64,000 nt of DNA from Rhodocyclaceae bacterium. GTDB lineage: Bacteria > Pseudomonadota > Gammaproteobacteria > Burkholderiales > CAIKXV01. Location: the NCBI GenBank assembly GCA_020248265.1, contig JADCHX010000011.1, forward strand, positions 262,670-326,669. Reading direction: 5' to 3'. Below are positions 31,371 to 41,073 of this stretch, one piece after another. Within the stretch, counting starts at the first letter, position 1; every line of letters begins with the position of its first letter. The notes under the pieces were generated by a model that was given only the letters and a program-made list of their open reading frames with translations, did no database searches and was not told the DNA's origin. The position numbers and the translations under genes are program-made.

Positions 31371-32450
31371 TCACTGGCCGACGCTGATGCCGGCGGCCTT
31401 GATGATCCGGGCAGCCTTCGCGGTCTCGGCTGCAAGGAAGGTGGCGAACTGCTCCGGTGTGTCGCCGACCACCGTCAGGCCATCGCCGGCCATGCGCTCG
31501 CGTACATCGGCGAGCCCCAGCACCTGCACGACCTCCGACTGCACGCGGCCTATCACCTCGCGCGGCGTCGTGCCGGGCGCGAGCAGGCCGAACCAGGTAG
31601 TGAGGTCGAAGTCGCGCACGCCGGCCTCCGCGATCGCCGGCAGGTCCGGCGCGATCGTCGAACGCTGGGCGCTCGTCACGCCCAGCGCCCGGAGCTTGCC
31701 GGACTTCACGTACGGGACGCTCAGCACCAGGTTCATGTAGTAGGCCTCGACGTTGCCTGCCAGCACGTCGGCGAGTGCGCCACCGGTGCCCTTGTACGGG
31801 ACGCTGGTCGTCCGGATGCCGGTGTTCAGGTTGAACAGCTCGGCTGCGAGGTGGTTCAGCGAGCCGGTACCCGGTACTCCGACATTCAGCGCCCCCGGCT
31901 TTGCGCGCGCGAGCGCGACCAGCTCCTTCACTGAGCGGACCGGCAGCGACGGATGCACGACCAGCACGAGCGGTCCGGATGCCAGGTTGGTCACCGGCAG
32001 CAGGTCGCGCGACTGGTCGTAGGGCAGGTTCTTGAACAGGCTCGGGTTGGACGCATAGCCAGCCTGCACCAACAGCAGCGTGCGGCCGTCACCGGGTGCC
32101 TTGGCGACATGGGCGGCTCCGATCGTGCCATTGGCGCCCGCGCGGTTCTCGACGAGTACCGGCTGACGGATACGGTCGCCCAGGCGCTGCGCGACGATGC
32201 GCGCCATGGCGTCGGTGGAGCCACCGGGCGCGAACGGCACGACGATGCGTACCGGCCCGGCCGGGAAGGCCTGGCTGCCGGCCGGCGCCTGTGCCGCCGG
32301 CTGCGCGTGCGCGGCGATGGCCGGGAGGCCCAACAGCAAGGCCGCGGCACATGTCCGGACAAGCATCGTGGCGGAGCGTCCGATGCCGGTCGCTGCCATG
32401 CTCGATCGCTGTTCGGTCATCGCGGGCTCGGCGGCGGGGGTGGTGTGCAT
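31371..32450 (-). CDS. Bug-family (TctC-like) tripartite tricarboxylate transporter substrate-binding protein
   Basis: 'VRIVVPFAPGGSTDAMARIVAQ', 'VENRAGANGTIGA', 'SVPYKGTGGALADVLAG'. The start is uncertain: Met codons at 32450, 32420, 32399 and 32366. The last gives the signal 'MLVRTCAAALLLGLPAIAAHA'. Confidence 0.85.
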   Translation of the reverse strand: MHTTPAAEPAMTEQRSSMAATGIGRSATMLVRTCAAALLLGLPAIAAHAQPAAQAPAGSQAFPAGPVRIVVPFAPGGSTDAMARIVAQRLGDRIRQPVLVENRAGANGTIGAAHVAKAPGDGRTLLLVQAGYASNPSLFKNLPYDQSRDLLPVTNLASGPLVLVVHPSLPVRSVKELVALARAKPGALNVGVPGTGSLNHLAAELFNLNTGIRTTSVPYKGTGGALADVLAGNVEAYYMNLVLSVPYVKSGKLRALGVTSAQRSTIAPDLPAIAEAGVRDFDLTTWFGLLAPGTTPREVIGRVQSEVVQVLGLADVRERMAGDGLTVVGDTPEQFATFLAAETAKAARIIKAAGISVGQ

Positions 32451-32531
32451 CGGCGTCCTCCTGCTTTGTCATGTCTGCGGAAGCCGGAGGGTACCCCGGC
32501 ACCGGTGCCGCCGCCTGCAGTGGCCGGTCGT

Positions 32532-32561
32532 TTGACAGCCTGTGTACCGGCGTCGCAGAAT
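32532..32561 (+). promoter_or_regulatory. candidate sigma70-type promoter for metZ (TTGACA - 18 nt - CAGAAT), ending 6 nt before the ATG
   Basis: TTGACA at 32532-32537 and CAGAAT at 32556-32561. The metZ ATG is at 32568 with no Shine-Dalgarno motif in between. Confidence 0.3.
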
Positions 32562-32567
32562 TGATCG

Positions 32568-33743
32568 ATGGAAAAGTACCAGCCAGACACGCTCGCCGTG
32601 CGCACCGGCATCCACCGCAGCCAGTTCGGCGAACACAGCGAGGCGATGTATCTGACCTCCAGCTTCGTGTTCGACAACGCGGCGCAGGCGGCGGAGGCCT
32701 TCCAGAAGGGCATCGAGGGGCGCAACGTCTATTCGCGCTTCACCAACCCGACGGTCACCGCGTTCGAGGAACGGCTGGCCGCGCTGGAAGGCGCCGAGTG
32801 CTGCGTGGCGACCGCGTCCGGGATGTCCGCCATCCTCGCGATCACCATGGCCCTGTTCAAGGCCGGCGACCACGTGGTGATCTCGCAGGGCGTGTTCGGC
32901 TCGACCGTGCAGCTGTTCACCAACTTCTTCGAGAAGTTCGGCATGCAGGTGTCGTTCGTGCCGCCGACCGACCCGTCGGCCTGGGAAGCGGCGGTACGCC
33001 CGAACACGAAGATGTTCTTCATCGAGACGCCTTCGAACCCGTTGACCGAGGTGTCCGACATCGGCGCACTGGCAGCGATCGCGCATCGCGCGGGCGCTGT
33101 GCTGATCGTCGACAACTGTTTCTGTTCGCCGGCGCTGCAGCAGCCGCTCGAACTGGGGGCTGACATCATCATCCACTCGGCCACCAAGTACCTCGACGGC
33201 CAGGGCCGGGTGCTCGGTGGCGCAGTGCTCGGCAGCAAGGCGCTGGTGCACGGCCCGATGCTGCAGTTCATGCGCAATGCCGGGCCGTCGATGAGTCCGT
33301 TCAATGCATGGGTCTGCCTGAAGGGCATGGAGACGCTGGGTATCCGGATGGAGGCGCACAGTGCTCGCGCGCTCGAACTGGCGACCTGGCTAGAGAAGCA
33401 CCCGAAGGTGTCGCGCGTGCTCTATCCAGGGCTCGCGTCGCACCCGCAGCACGCGCTGGCGATGCGCCAGCAGAAGAGCGGCGGTGGTGTGGTGTCGTTC
33501 GAGGTGAAGGGCGGTCGCGAAGCCGCCTGGCGCGTGATCGACTCCACCCGGCTGATGTCGATCACCGGCAACCTCGGCGATACCAAGACGACGATCACCC
33601 ATCCGGCAACCACCACCCACGGGCGTATTCCGCAGGCCACGCGCGATGCCGCCGGTGTTACCGAGGGGCTGATCCGGGTCGCAGTCGGGCTGGAAGCGGT
33701 GGTCGACCTGAAGGCCGACCTGGCGCGCGGGCTCGACGCCTGA
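32568..33743 (+). CDS. metZ: O-succinylhomoserine sulfhydrylase
   Basis: 391 aa. 'DTLAVRTG ... GEHSEAMYLTSSFVF', 'YSRFTNPTV', 'HSATKYLDGQGR'. Confidence 0.88.
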   Translation: MEKYQPDTLAVRTGIHRSQFGEHSEAMYLTSSFVFDNAAQAAEAFQKGIEGRNVYSRFTNPTVTAFEERLAALEGAECCVATASGMSAILAITMALFKAGDHVVISQGVFGSTVQLFTNFFEKFGMQVSFVPPTDPSAWEAAVRPNTKMFFIETPSNPLTEVSDIGALAAIAHRAGAVLIVDNCFCSPALQQPLELGADIIIHSATKYLDGQGRVLGGAVLGSKALVHGPMLQFMRNAGPSMSPFNAWVCLKGMETLGIRMEAHSARALELATWLEKHPKVSRVLYPGLASHPQHALAMRQQKSGGGVVSFEVKGGREAAWRVIDSTRLMSITGNLGDTKTTITHPATTTHGRIPQATRDAAGVTEGLIRVAVGLEAVVDLKADLARGLDA

Positions 33744-33764
33744 CCCCTGGCTCCGTCTCCGGAC

Positions 33765-34487
33765 TCAGAAAAGCCGCAGCGTGCGGCGATCTGCGGCGAG
33801 TCCGGTCGGGGCGTCGTGCCAGTCGGGCAGCACCCAGCGCTCGCATGACCGGCCGTCGACAGGATGGACATGCTGCATCGGCCGGTGCGTGTGGCCATGT
33901 ACCAGGCGCGGATAGCCGGTCTCACGCAGCACACGCAGCACTTCGGACGGTGTCACGTCCATGATCTCAGCGGATTTGGACTGCTTCTCGCGCTCGCTGA
34001 TCGCGCGCAGCCGCCGGGCCTCGGCACGCCGCTCCGCAAGCGGCCGTGCGAGGAAGGCCGCCTGCCACTCAGGGTCGCGTACTGTCGCCCGGAAGCGGTT
34101 GTAGCCGTCGTCTTCCGTGCACAGGGTGTCGCCGTGCAGCAGCAGCGTCGGCATGCCGTCGATCTCGACCAGCAGTGGATCGGGCAGCAACTGTACGCCG
34201 GTCGCCTCGGCGAAGCGTCGGCCGACGAGGAAGTCACGGTTGCCATGCATGAACAGCACTGACGTGCCGCCGGCGGAGACGGCTGCCAGCGCATCGACCA
34301 CCGGCCGGATCGACGGGTCGTCGATCTCTTCGTCCCCGATCCAGTAGTCGAAGAGGTCCCCCAGGATGTACAGTGCCGCAGCATCGCGGGCTGCGCCAGC
34401 GAGCAGGCCGATGAAGGCCGCCGTGGTGACCGGCCGCGATGCCGACAGGTGCAGGTCCGAGACCAGCAGCGTGGGGCCGGACGCCAT
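33765..34487 (-). CDS. lpxH: UDP-2,3-diacylglucosamine diphosphatase
   Basis: Internal ATG ('MASGPTLLVSDLHLS'). 'LYILGDLFDYWIGDE', 'MHGNRDFL', 'GHTHRP'. Confidence 0.9.
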   Translation of the reverse strand: MASGPTLLVSDLHLSASRPVTTAAFIGLLAGAARDAAALYILGDLFDYWIGDEEIDDPSIRPVVDALAAVSAGGTSVLFMHGNRDFLVGRRFAEATGVQLLPDPLLVEIDGMPTLLLHGDTLCTEDDGYNRFRATVRDPEWQAAFLARPLAERRAEARRLRAISEREKQSKSAEIMDVTPSEVLRVLRETGYPRLVHGHTHRPMQHVHPVDGRSCERWVLPDWHDAPTGLAADRRTLRLF

Positions 34488-34519
34488 GCGGTCTGCCGTG
34501 TCCCGGCGCAGGCCCCTGC

Positions 34520-35017
34520 TCAGGCCTCGACGACTTCCGCGCGGGTGATCACCACGTCTTCGGTCGGTACGTCCTGGTGGCCCGCACGCGTGCCCGTCGC
34601 CACGCCGCGCAACTGGTCGACCACCTCGATTCCTTCGACCACCTTGCCGAACACGCAATAGCCCCAGCCGCGTGCGGTCGGCGAGGTGAAGTTCAGGAAG
34701 TCGTTGTCGGCCACGTTGATGAAGAACTGGGCGGACGCCGAGTGCGGTTCCGAGGTGCGCGCCATCGCCACCGTGTACTTGTCGTTCTTCAGCCCGTTGT
34801 CGGCTTCGTTGGTGATCGGATCGCGCGTCTTCTTCTGTTTCATGCCCGGTTCGAAGCCCCCGCCCTGGATCATGAAGCCGTCGATCACGCGATGGAAGAT
34901 CGTGTTGTCGTAGTGACCAGCATTCACGTATTCGATGAAGTTGGCTGCCGTGATCGGGGCCTTGGCGGCGTCGAGTTCGATGCCGATCACGCCGGCGCTG
35001 GTGTGCAGTCTGATCAT
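34520..35017 (-). CDS. ppiB: cytoplasmic cyclophilin-type peptidyl-prolyl cis-trans isomerase
   Basis: 165 aa. '[15 protein letters not shown]', '[16 protein letters not shown]'. Confidence 0.93.
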   Translation of the reverse strand: MIRLHTSAGVIGIELDAAKAPITAANFIEYVNAGHYDNTIFHRVIDGFMIQGGGFEPGMKQKKTRDPITNEADNGLKNDKYTVAMARTSEPHSASAQFFINVADNDFLNFTSPTARGWGYCVFGKVVEGIEVVDQLRGVATGTRAGHQDVPTEDVVITRAEVVEA

Positions 35018-35072
35018 GGTCGAATTGCTCCTCTGGGGGTTGTGGTCGAAGGACGCGGATCCCGGCAGGCGT

Positions 35073-35699
35073 TCAGCGGCTGGCGCCGAGGATCGTCACC
35101 TTCTCGATTACCGGCAGCTTGGCCGGCACGTCGGTCTTGAACGGCCCGCCCGGACCGGTGGGCACCTGCAGCATCTGGTCGACGGTCTCGAGACCCTTGA
35201 TCACGCGGCCGAACACGACATAGCCGAAGCCGACGACCGTGCGCTCGCGGAAGTCGAGGAAGTCGTTGCGAGCCACGTTGATGAAGAACTGGGCGGTCGC
35301 ACTGTGCGGATCGCGCGTGCGGGCCATCGCCAGCGTGCCGATCTCGTGCCGCAGCCCGGCCTTGAAGGTCATTTCGGCCTCGTTCTTGATCGGCTCGCGC
35401 GTCGGCTTTTCCTTGAAGTCGGCGGTGAAGCCGCCCCCCTGCACCATGAAGCCGCGGATGACGCGGTGGAACACCGTGCCTTCGTAATGGCCGTCCTTCA
35501 CGTACTGGAGGAAGTTGCGCACCGTCTCGGGTGCGCGGTCGGGATACAGCTCGACCACGATCGGCCCGTAGCTGGTCGTGAACTCGACGCGCGGATTCTT
35601 CTGCGCGAGCGCGTCGCCCGACACCCCGATGCCGAGCATCAGTGGCAAGAGCAACTGCGGTGCGAACTTGAGGAACCAATTCCGGATCAGTCTCTGCAC
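35073..35699 (-). CDS. ppiA: periplasmic cyclophilin-type peptidyl-prolyl cis-trans isomerase
   Basis: GTG at 35697-35699 gives the signal peptide '[32 protein letters not shown]'. '[15 protein letters not shown]'. The longer listed ORF (to 35918) would overlap the upstream gene. Confidence 0.88.
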   Translation of the reverse strand: MQRLIRNWFLKFAPQLLLPLMLGIGVSGDALAQKNPRVEFTTSYGPIVVELYPDRAPETVRNFLQYVKDGHYEGTVFHRVIRGFMVQGGGFTADFKEKPTREPIKNEAEMTFKAGLRHEIGTLAMARTRDPHSATAQFFINVARNDFLDFRERTVVGFGYVVFGRVIKGLETVDQMLQVPTGPGGPFKTDVPAKLPVIEKVTILGASR

Positions 35700-35748
35700 A
35701 TCGACTCCCTGTAGCGTGTCGGCGCGATACCCCCCGTCGTTGCCGGGG

Positions 35749-37119
35749 TCACGCGTCGCCTTCGTAGACGATGCGCCATGTGCCGCCTTCCAGTTTCCAG
35801 TACTGGCGCTTGCGCATCTGCTGGTTGAGGTTGTTGCTGGCGTAGTCCTGCTCGAACTGCACGACCGCGAGGTTATCGCGGTTCGGATCGAGGAACATGC
35901 TGGTGTTGCGCAGTCCAATGCGCACCCAGGTCTTGCTCGCGTTGACCTTGCCCTTCTGTTCAGACCACGCGGCGAGGTCGCGCGCCGCCCCGCCGCTGCT
36001 GAACGCGGGCGAATAATGCCGCAGGTATGCCTTCATGTCGCGCCCTTCCCAGTCTCGGCGCCAGGCCTCGACCGCTCGGGCCAGCGATGCGCGGCTCGCT
36101 TCGATTGCGCCAGCATCGACCCAGTCGATGCGCGGTGCGATCACCACCGGCGTGAGGCCGATCTGAACCAGCGGCAGCAGGGCCTCGAAGTCGGCGTTGG
36201 CGAGCACCACGCAGCCATCAGACGACTGCGGCGGACGGGCGAAGGTATCGGAGGGCACGCCATGCAGCCAGATCCCGTGGCCGGTACGTCCTTCGATTCG
36301 GTCGAGTTCGTTCGGATAGTTGATCGGCAGCGCACCGCTGCCGTAGAAATCGGGCAGTTTCTGGCGCGGCAGGTTCGCGCGCACGTGGTAGACCCCCAGC
36401 GGCGTTCGCTTGTCGCCCTCGAACATCTTGTCGATGCCATTGCGGCCGACGCTGATGTAGTAGTCCTTCAGGTAGCGCAATCGGCCGTCGACCTGTTCGA
36501 ACACGTACAGCGTCGACTTCGCGCTGTCGACGACGATCGCGTACCGCTGTCGCGGGTCGAGCTGAAGGATGTGGCCCGGAAACCGCCCGGGCGGCGGTTC
36601 GGCGGCGAGCCGGCTGAGCCGTGCCCGCGCCTCGGCGCGCAGGTCGTCGATGCGTTCGGCGCGGTCGGACAGCCCGGTCGAGGGTTCGGTGGCCTCCTTC
36701 ACCGGGTTGCCGAAGTCGGTGATCGGCCTGGCACGGGCAAGCAGAAGGTCGCCGCGCACCAGGTGCGCGAGCCGGAAGTTGGGATTGCCGAGCAGCACCT
36801 GGTCGATCTCCGCAAGCGCGACGTCCGGTCGGCTGCGCGCGATCTCCAGGATGCCACGCACCAGTGAGGCTTCCACCTCGCTGGTGGCCCGCAACGCGGC
36901 CTCGGTGCTCGTCGTCGGCGCAGTGGCCGGCGAGTCCGCGCCTGGTGCAGCACCCAGGCTGCCACCACTGCCCGGTACCTTGCCGGGTACATGGACGTCT
37001 TCCGCTGGCCCGACCAGCAGCAACAGACCAACGCCTGCGGAGGCCAACAGGGACAGCGCCATGATCGGAGCCACGAGGGTGCCCATCCGGCCATGCCAAG
37101 TACGGCTGAAGAACCTCAC
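35749..37119 (-). CDS. L,D-transpeptidase (YkuD domain) with an extra C-terminal domain of about 110 aa
   Basis: 456 aa. YkuD active site 'HGVPSDTFARPPQSSDGCVVL'. N-terminal TM/signal 'MGTLVAPIMALSLLASAG'. The start could be 37119 or 37086. Confidence 0.85.
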   Translation of the reverse strand: MRFFSRTWHGRMGTLVAPIMALSLLASAGVGLLLLVGPAEDVHVPGKVPGSGGSLGAAPGADSPATAPTTSTEAALRATSEVEASLVRGILEIARSRPDVALAEIDQVLLGNPNFRLAHLVRGDLLLARARPITDFGNPVKEATEPSTGLSDRAERIDDLRAEARARLSRLAAEPPPGRFPGHILQLDPRQRYAIVVDSAKSTLYVFEQVDGRLRYLKDYYISVGRNGIDKMFEGDKRTPLGVYHVRANLPRQKLPDFYGSGALPINYPNELDRIEGRTGHGIWLHGVPSDTFARPPQSSDGCVVLANADFEALLPLVQIGLTPVVIAPRIDWVDAGAIEASRASLARAVEAWRRDWEGRDMKAYLRHYSPAFSSGGAARDLAAWSEQKGKVNASKTWVRIGLRNTSMFLDPNRDNLAVVQFEQDYASNNLNQQMRKRQYWKLEGGTWRIVYEGDA

Positions 37120-37166
37120 GGCGCGCTCACGATGTACTGTTCAATCGGACGATGCAGCAAAGCCGG

Positions 37167-38408
37167 TCACCGGCCGACCTGCTCCTGCTCGATCAGCCAG
37201 CGATCACCGACGCGTACCAGCGTCAGCGTCTTCGGCGAGCTGGCTTTCAGCGTCGGCGACCGGTAATCCTGGCGGAACGCGACCACCATGCGGTTGGGCC
37301 CGAGCGGCTTGACCTGCGGCGCGCTCACGCTGACCTCGATCTTCCTGGGCTTCGCGATCCGGTCGCGTCGACCCTTCTCCCAGTCTGCCCGTGTCTCGCC
37401 GCCGGGAACCTTGAAATCCTTCGAATAAAACGCAAGGTAGCGGTTCACGTCGTTCGTCGACCATGCCTGCGCCCATTGCTCTACGGTACGCAACACGTCT
37501 TCGGCGCCGGCAACGGAGGACGGAGCGGCCGGCGCCACCGCCGGTGCCGCAGTGGCGGGGGAGGCAGCCGTCGGCGGCTGCGCGGCGGTGGCAGCTGCCG
37601 ACGCCCTGGCCTGTGCGGGCTGGGCGTCGGCCGCAGCAGGGGCAGTTTCGCGGATGGCTACCGGCCGGCTGGCCGCGGGTGCTGAAAGTGGTGCAGGTGC
37701 GGGTGCCGCAGCCCCTTTTGCCGGTTGACCTGCGGGTGCGGCCGGTGCGGCCTGGCCGGCAATCGCGACCTGCTTCGACGAATCGCCTGCGAGCGGCTGA
37801 CGCTGGAACTTCGGGTTGGCCGAGAACAGTTCTCGGATCAGCGAGAGCTTGGTCTGTACGCCCGTGTTGGAGCGATCGAGCTGCAGCGCCCGGTCATAGG
37901 CTTCGGAGGCCATCTTCGCGTAGATGTCGCCGAGGTTCTCGTGCGCGGTGGCGTAGCTGGGATGCGTACGTATCGCCGACTCGAGCATCTGCCGTGCGCG
38001 GTCGAACTGCCCCTGCGCCGCGTAGAGCACCGCCAGGTTGTTGTAGGGCTCCGGCAGTTCCGGGTATTCCTCCGTCAGCGCCACGAACACCCGGATGGCA
38101 TCGGCAGGACGCTTCTGCTCGGTGAGGATCAGGCCGCGCAGGAAACGCGCCCGCGCGTCCTTGGGATTCTTCGCGAGGTATGCGTTCAGCCGTTCGGTCG
38201 CCTGGGTCAGGTTGCCCTGCCTGACCAGCGCCTGCACGTCGGTCAGCTCGTCGGCGAGCGCGGCCCCCGGTGCGCACAGGATGCCGGCGAGCAGGGCCAG
38301 GATCGCCGTGGCGCTTCGAATGCGGCCACGCAGGGACGCCCGCACGGACATCGCGCCCGGGCCGACCGGGGCCTCGGTGGCGGCAATAGCGGTTCGCAGA
38401 CACTGCAT
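37167..38408 (-). CDS. TPR-repeat protein with Ala/Pro-rich linker and a C-terminal domain related to that of the adjacent L,D-transpeptidase
   Basis: 413 aa. TPR-like 'ARARFLRGLILTEQKRPADAIRVFVALTEEYPELPEPYNNLAVLYAAQGQFDRARQMLE'. The start could be 38408 or 38351 ('MSVRASLRGRIRSATAILALLAG'). Confidence 0.8.
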   Translation of the reverse strand: MQCLRTAIAATEAPVGPGAMSVRASLRGRIRSATAILALLAGILCAPGAALADELTDVQALVRQGNLTQATERLNAYLAKNPKDARARFLRGLILTEQKRPADAIRVFVALTEEYPELPEPYNNLAVLYAAQGQFDRARQMLESAIRTHPSYATAHENLGDIYAKMASEAYDRALQLDRSNTGVQTKLSLIRELFSANPKFQRQPLAGDSSKQVAIAGQAAPAAPAGQPAKGAAAPAPAPLSAPAASRPVAIRETAPAAADAQPAQARASAAATAAQPPTAASPATAAPAVAPAAPSSVAGAEDVLRTVEQWAQAWSTNDVNRYLAFYSKDFKVPGGETRADWEKGRRDRIAKPRKIEVSVSAPQVKPLGPNRMVVAFRQDYRSPTLKASSPKTLTLVRVGDRWLIEQEQVGR

Positions 38409-38540
38409 ATGTTATATTTTTCTCGTCGGGCTTTGGAAATATCGAATCAAGACAAATACTTACGATATAGGCTACCCGGCTGATTCTAGCAGCAAGGCCG
38501 CGAAAAGTAATCTCCCAGCAACCGTTTCTCCGGGACGACG

Positions 38541-39920
38541 ATGCTCCGAATCTACAACACGCTGGCACGCGACAAGCAGCCGTTCGTCCCGCTCGAGCCG
38601 GGCAGGGTCCGCATGTATGTTTGCGGCATGACCGTCTACGATTACTGCCACCTCGGACATGCCCGTGTGATGGTGGTGTTCGACCTGGTCACCCGCTGGC
38701 TGCGCGCCAGCGGCTACGAGGTCACCTACGTGCGCAACATCACCGACATCGACGACAAGATCATCCGTCGCGCGGCCGAGAACGGCGAGTCGATCGGCAC
38801 GCTCACGCAGCGGTTCATCGATGCAATGGACGAGGATGCCGCGGCGCTCGGGGTCATCAAGCCCGACCACGAGCCGCGCGCGACCGAATACGTGCCGCAG
38901 ATGCAGGCGATCATCGACCGGCTCGAGCGCAACCGGCTGGCCTATGTGGCCAGCGACGGCGACGTGAACTATTCGGTGCGCGACTTCGCCAGCTACGGAA
39001 GACTGTCCGGCAAGTCGCTGGAGGATCTGCGCGCGGGCGAACGCGTCGAGGTCAATTCCGGCAAGCGCGACCCGCTCGATTTCGTGTTGTGGAAGCGCAG
39101 CAAGGAGGGCGAACCGTTCTGGGAATCGGCGTGGGGACGTGGCCGTCCGGGCTGGCATATCGAGTGCTCCGCGATGTCTGCGGCGCTGCTGGGCGAGACC
39201 TTCGATATCCACGGGGGCGGCCAGGACCTGCAGTTTCCCCACCACGAAAACGAGATTGCACAGTCCGAGGGGGCGAATGGCCGACCTTTCGTTCGCTACT
39301 GGATGCACAACGGGTTCGTGCGCGTCGATGACGAGAAGATGTCCAAATCGCTCGGCAACTTCTTCACCGTGCGCGAAGTGCTCGGGCGCTATGATGCCGA
39401 GGTGGTGCGCTTCTTCATTGCCCGGGCGCACTACCGCAGCCCGCTGAACTATTCCGACCGTCACCTCGACGATGCGCGCCAGGCGCTGGCCCGCCTGTAC
39501 ACCGCACTCAAGGGCGTCGATGTCCCGCAGATCGCGATCGACTGGCACGAGCCGCATGCGGCCCGCTTCAGGGCAGCCATGGACGACGACTTCAACACGC
39601 CGGAGGCGATCGCCGTGCTGTTCGACCTGGCGGGTGAGCTGAACCGCAGTCGAAACCCCGCGGTGGCCGGGATGCTGCAGGCCCTGGGCCGCAGCCTCGG
39701 TCTGCTCGAGCGCGACCCGCTCCTGTTCCTGCAGTCGGCAGCCGGGGACGCGTCCGTCGCCGCCCTGGACCCGGCGGCCATCGAGGCGAAGATTGCCGAG
39801 CGTGCCGCGGCGAAGAAGGCGCGCGATTTCGCGACCGCCGATGCAATACGCGCCGACCTGCTGGCCGCCGGCATCGTGCTCGAGGACGGGGCGGGCGGCA
39901 CGCTCTGGCGGCGCGCCTGA
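38541..39920 (+). CDS. cysS: cysteine--tRNA ligase
   Basis: 459 aa. '[18 protein letters not shown]' (HIGH-type), 'KMSKSLGN'. Confidence 0.95.
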   Translation: MLRIYNTLARDKQPFVPLEPGRVRMYVCGMTVYDYCHLGHARVMVVFDLVTRWLRASGYEVTYVRNITDIDDKIIRRAAENGESIGTLTQRFIDAMDEDAAALGVIKPDHEPRATEYVPQMQAIIDRLERNRLAYVASDGDVNYSVRDFASYGRLSGKSLEDLRAGERVEVNSGKRDPLDFVLWKRSKEGEPFWESAWGRGRPGWHIECSAMSAALLGETFDIHGGGQDLQFPHHENEIAQSEGANGRPFVRYWMHNGFVRVDDEKMSKSLGNFFTVREVLGRYDAEVVRFFIARAHYRSPLNYSDRHLDDARQALARLYTALKGVDVPQIAIDWHEPHAARFRAAMDDDFNTPEAIAVLFDLAGELNRSRNPAVAGMLQALGRSLGLLERDPLLFLQSAAGDASVAALDPAAIEAKIAERAAAKKARDFATADAIRADLLAAGIVLEDGAGGTLWRRA

Positions 39921-40031
39921 TTGCCGCCGGTCCATGGGCCGGCGATGCCGCGGTTGCCAAACCCGCCGCTGCGCGGACATGCGGGGTTGCAGCGGATAAA
40001 CTAGGTGTTTGTTCCGCGGGAGGCAGTTGCG

Positions 40032-41063
40032 ATGGACAGCGTCGATCTTGAAGTGCTGCGTTCGGCGGTCGCCTGGCGCCGGGCCGGCCATGGGGTGACC
40101 CTGGCTACGGTCGTGGAAACGTGGGGCTCCGCGCCTCGGCCGGTCGGCGCGATGCTGGCGATCCGCAGCGATGGCATGGTGTCGGGTTCCGTCTCCGGCG
40201 GCTGCGTCGAAGACGACATGATCGCAAAGCTCACCGGCGAGGCGGCCCCGGCGCATCCGAAGCTGCTCACCTATGGCGTCACCCGCGAGCAGGCAGAACG
40301 TTTCGGCCTGCCCTGCGGCGGCCGCCTTGCGATCGTGGTCGAGCCCGTGGTCGACCCGGCACAGGATCCACATGTGCTGGAGATGCTCGAAAAGCTGCTC
40401 GCGGCGAGCGACCGGCGAGAACTCACCGTGCGCACCCTCGACATGGAAAGCGGGCGCATGAGCCTTGCCCCGGGCTCGCGCGATTCCACGCTCTCGTTCA
40501 ACGGGAAGATGCTGCAGACCGTTCACGGCCCGCTCTGGCGCCTCCTTCTGATCGGCGCCGGACAGCTGTCGCGCTACCTCGCCGAGATGGCGCGTACGCT
40601 CGACTATCGCGTGACGGTATGCGACCCTCGAGACGAGTACGTGTTCGGATGGGATGTTCCTGGGGTCGACCTGGTGCGCACCATGCCTGATGACACGGTG
40701 GTGGCGATGGAACTCGACAGCCGTTGCGCGGTGGTGGCACTTACCCATGATCCCAAGCTCGATGACCTTGCACTGATGGAGGCACTGAAGTCGCCGGCTT
40801 TCTACGTCGGCGCGCTGGGGTCGCGCTCCAACAACGAGAAGCGACGCCGGCGGCTCGCCGACTTCGACGTGTCCGACGCCGAGATCGCACGCCTGTTCGG
40901 GCCTGTCGGCCTGCCGATCGGCAGCAAGACGCCGCCCGAGATCGCCGTATCGATACTGGCCGAGATGACCGCGGTCAGGCGCGGCGTGCTGCAGCCTGGC
41001 AGTGGTGAGCGGACCCTGGGTGCGCGGGCAGCGGCGGTGACCAGCGGGGCGGCGTGCAGCTGA
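40032..41063 (+). CDS. XdhC/CoxI-family molybdoenzyme maturation (Moco insertion) accessory protein
   Basis: ATG 9 nt after GGGAGG. 'ATVVETWGSAPRPVGAMLAIRSDGMVSGSVSGGCVE', then a Rossmann-like 'LLLIGAGQLSRYLAEMA'. Confidence 0.8.
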   Translation: MDSVDLEVLRSAVAWRRAGHGVTLATVVETWGSAPRPVGAMLAIRSDGMVSGSVSGGCVEDDMIAKLTGEAAPAHPKLLTYGVTREQAERFGLPCGGRLAIVVEPVVDPAQDPHVLEMLEKLLAASDRRELTVRTLDMESGRMSLAPGSRDSTLSFNGKMLQTVHGPLWRLLLIGAGQLSRYLAEMARTLDYRVTVCDPRDEYVFGWDVPGVDLVRTMPDDTVVAMELDSRCAVVALTHDPKLDDLALMEALKSPAFYVGALGSRSNNEKRRRRLADFDVSDAEIARLFGPVGLPIGSKTPPEIAVSILAEMTAVRRGVLQPGSGERTLGARAAAVTSGAACS

Positions 41064-41073
41064 AGGCCCCCGG

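Noticed and set aside
38409-38540. AT-rich 130-bp patch between the TPR gene and cysS as a possible sRNA or foreign insertion.
   Set aside because: It is the divergent promoter region of two genes, with no convincing hairpin/terminator or repeat structure. Low GC is expected for promoter spacers in a GC-rich genome.
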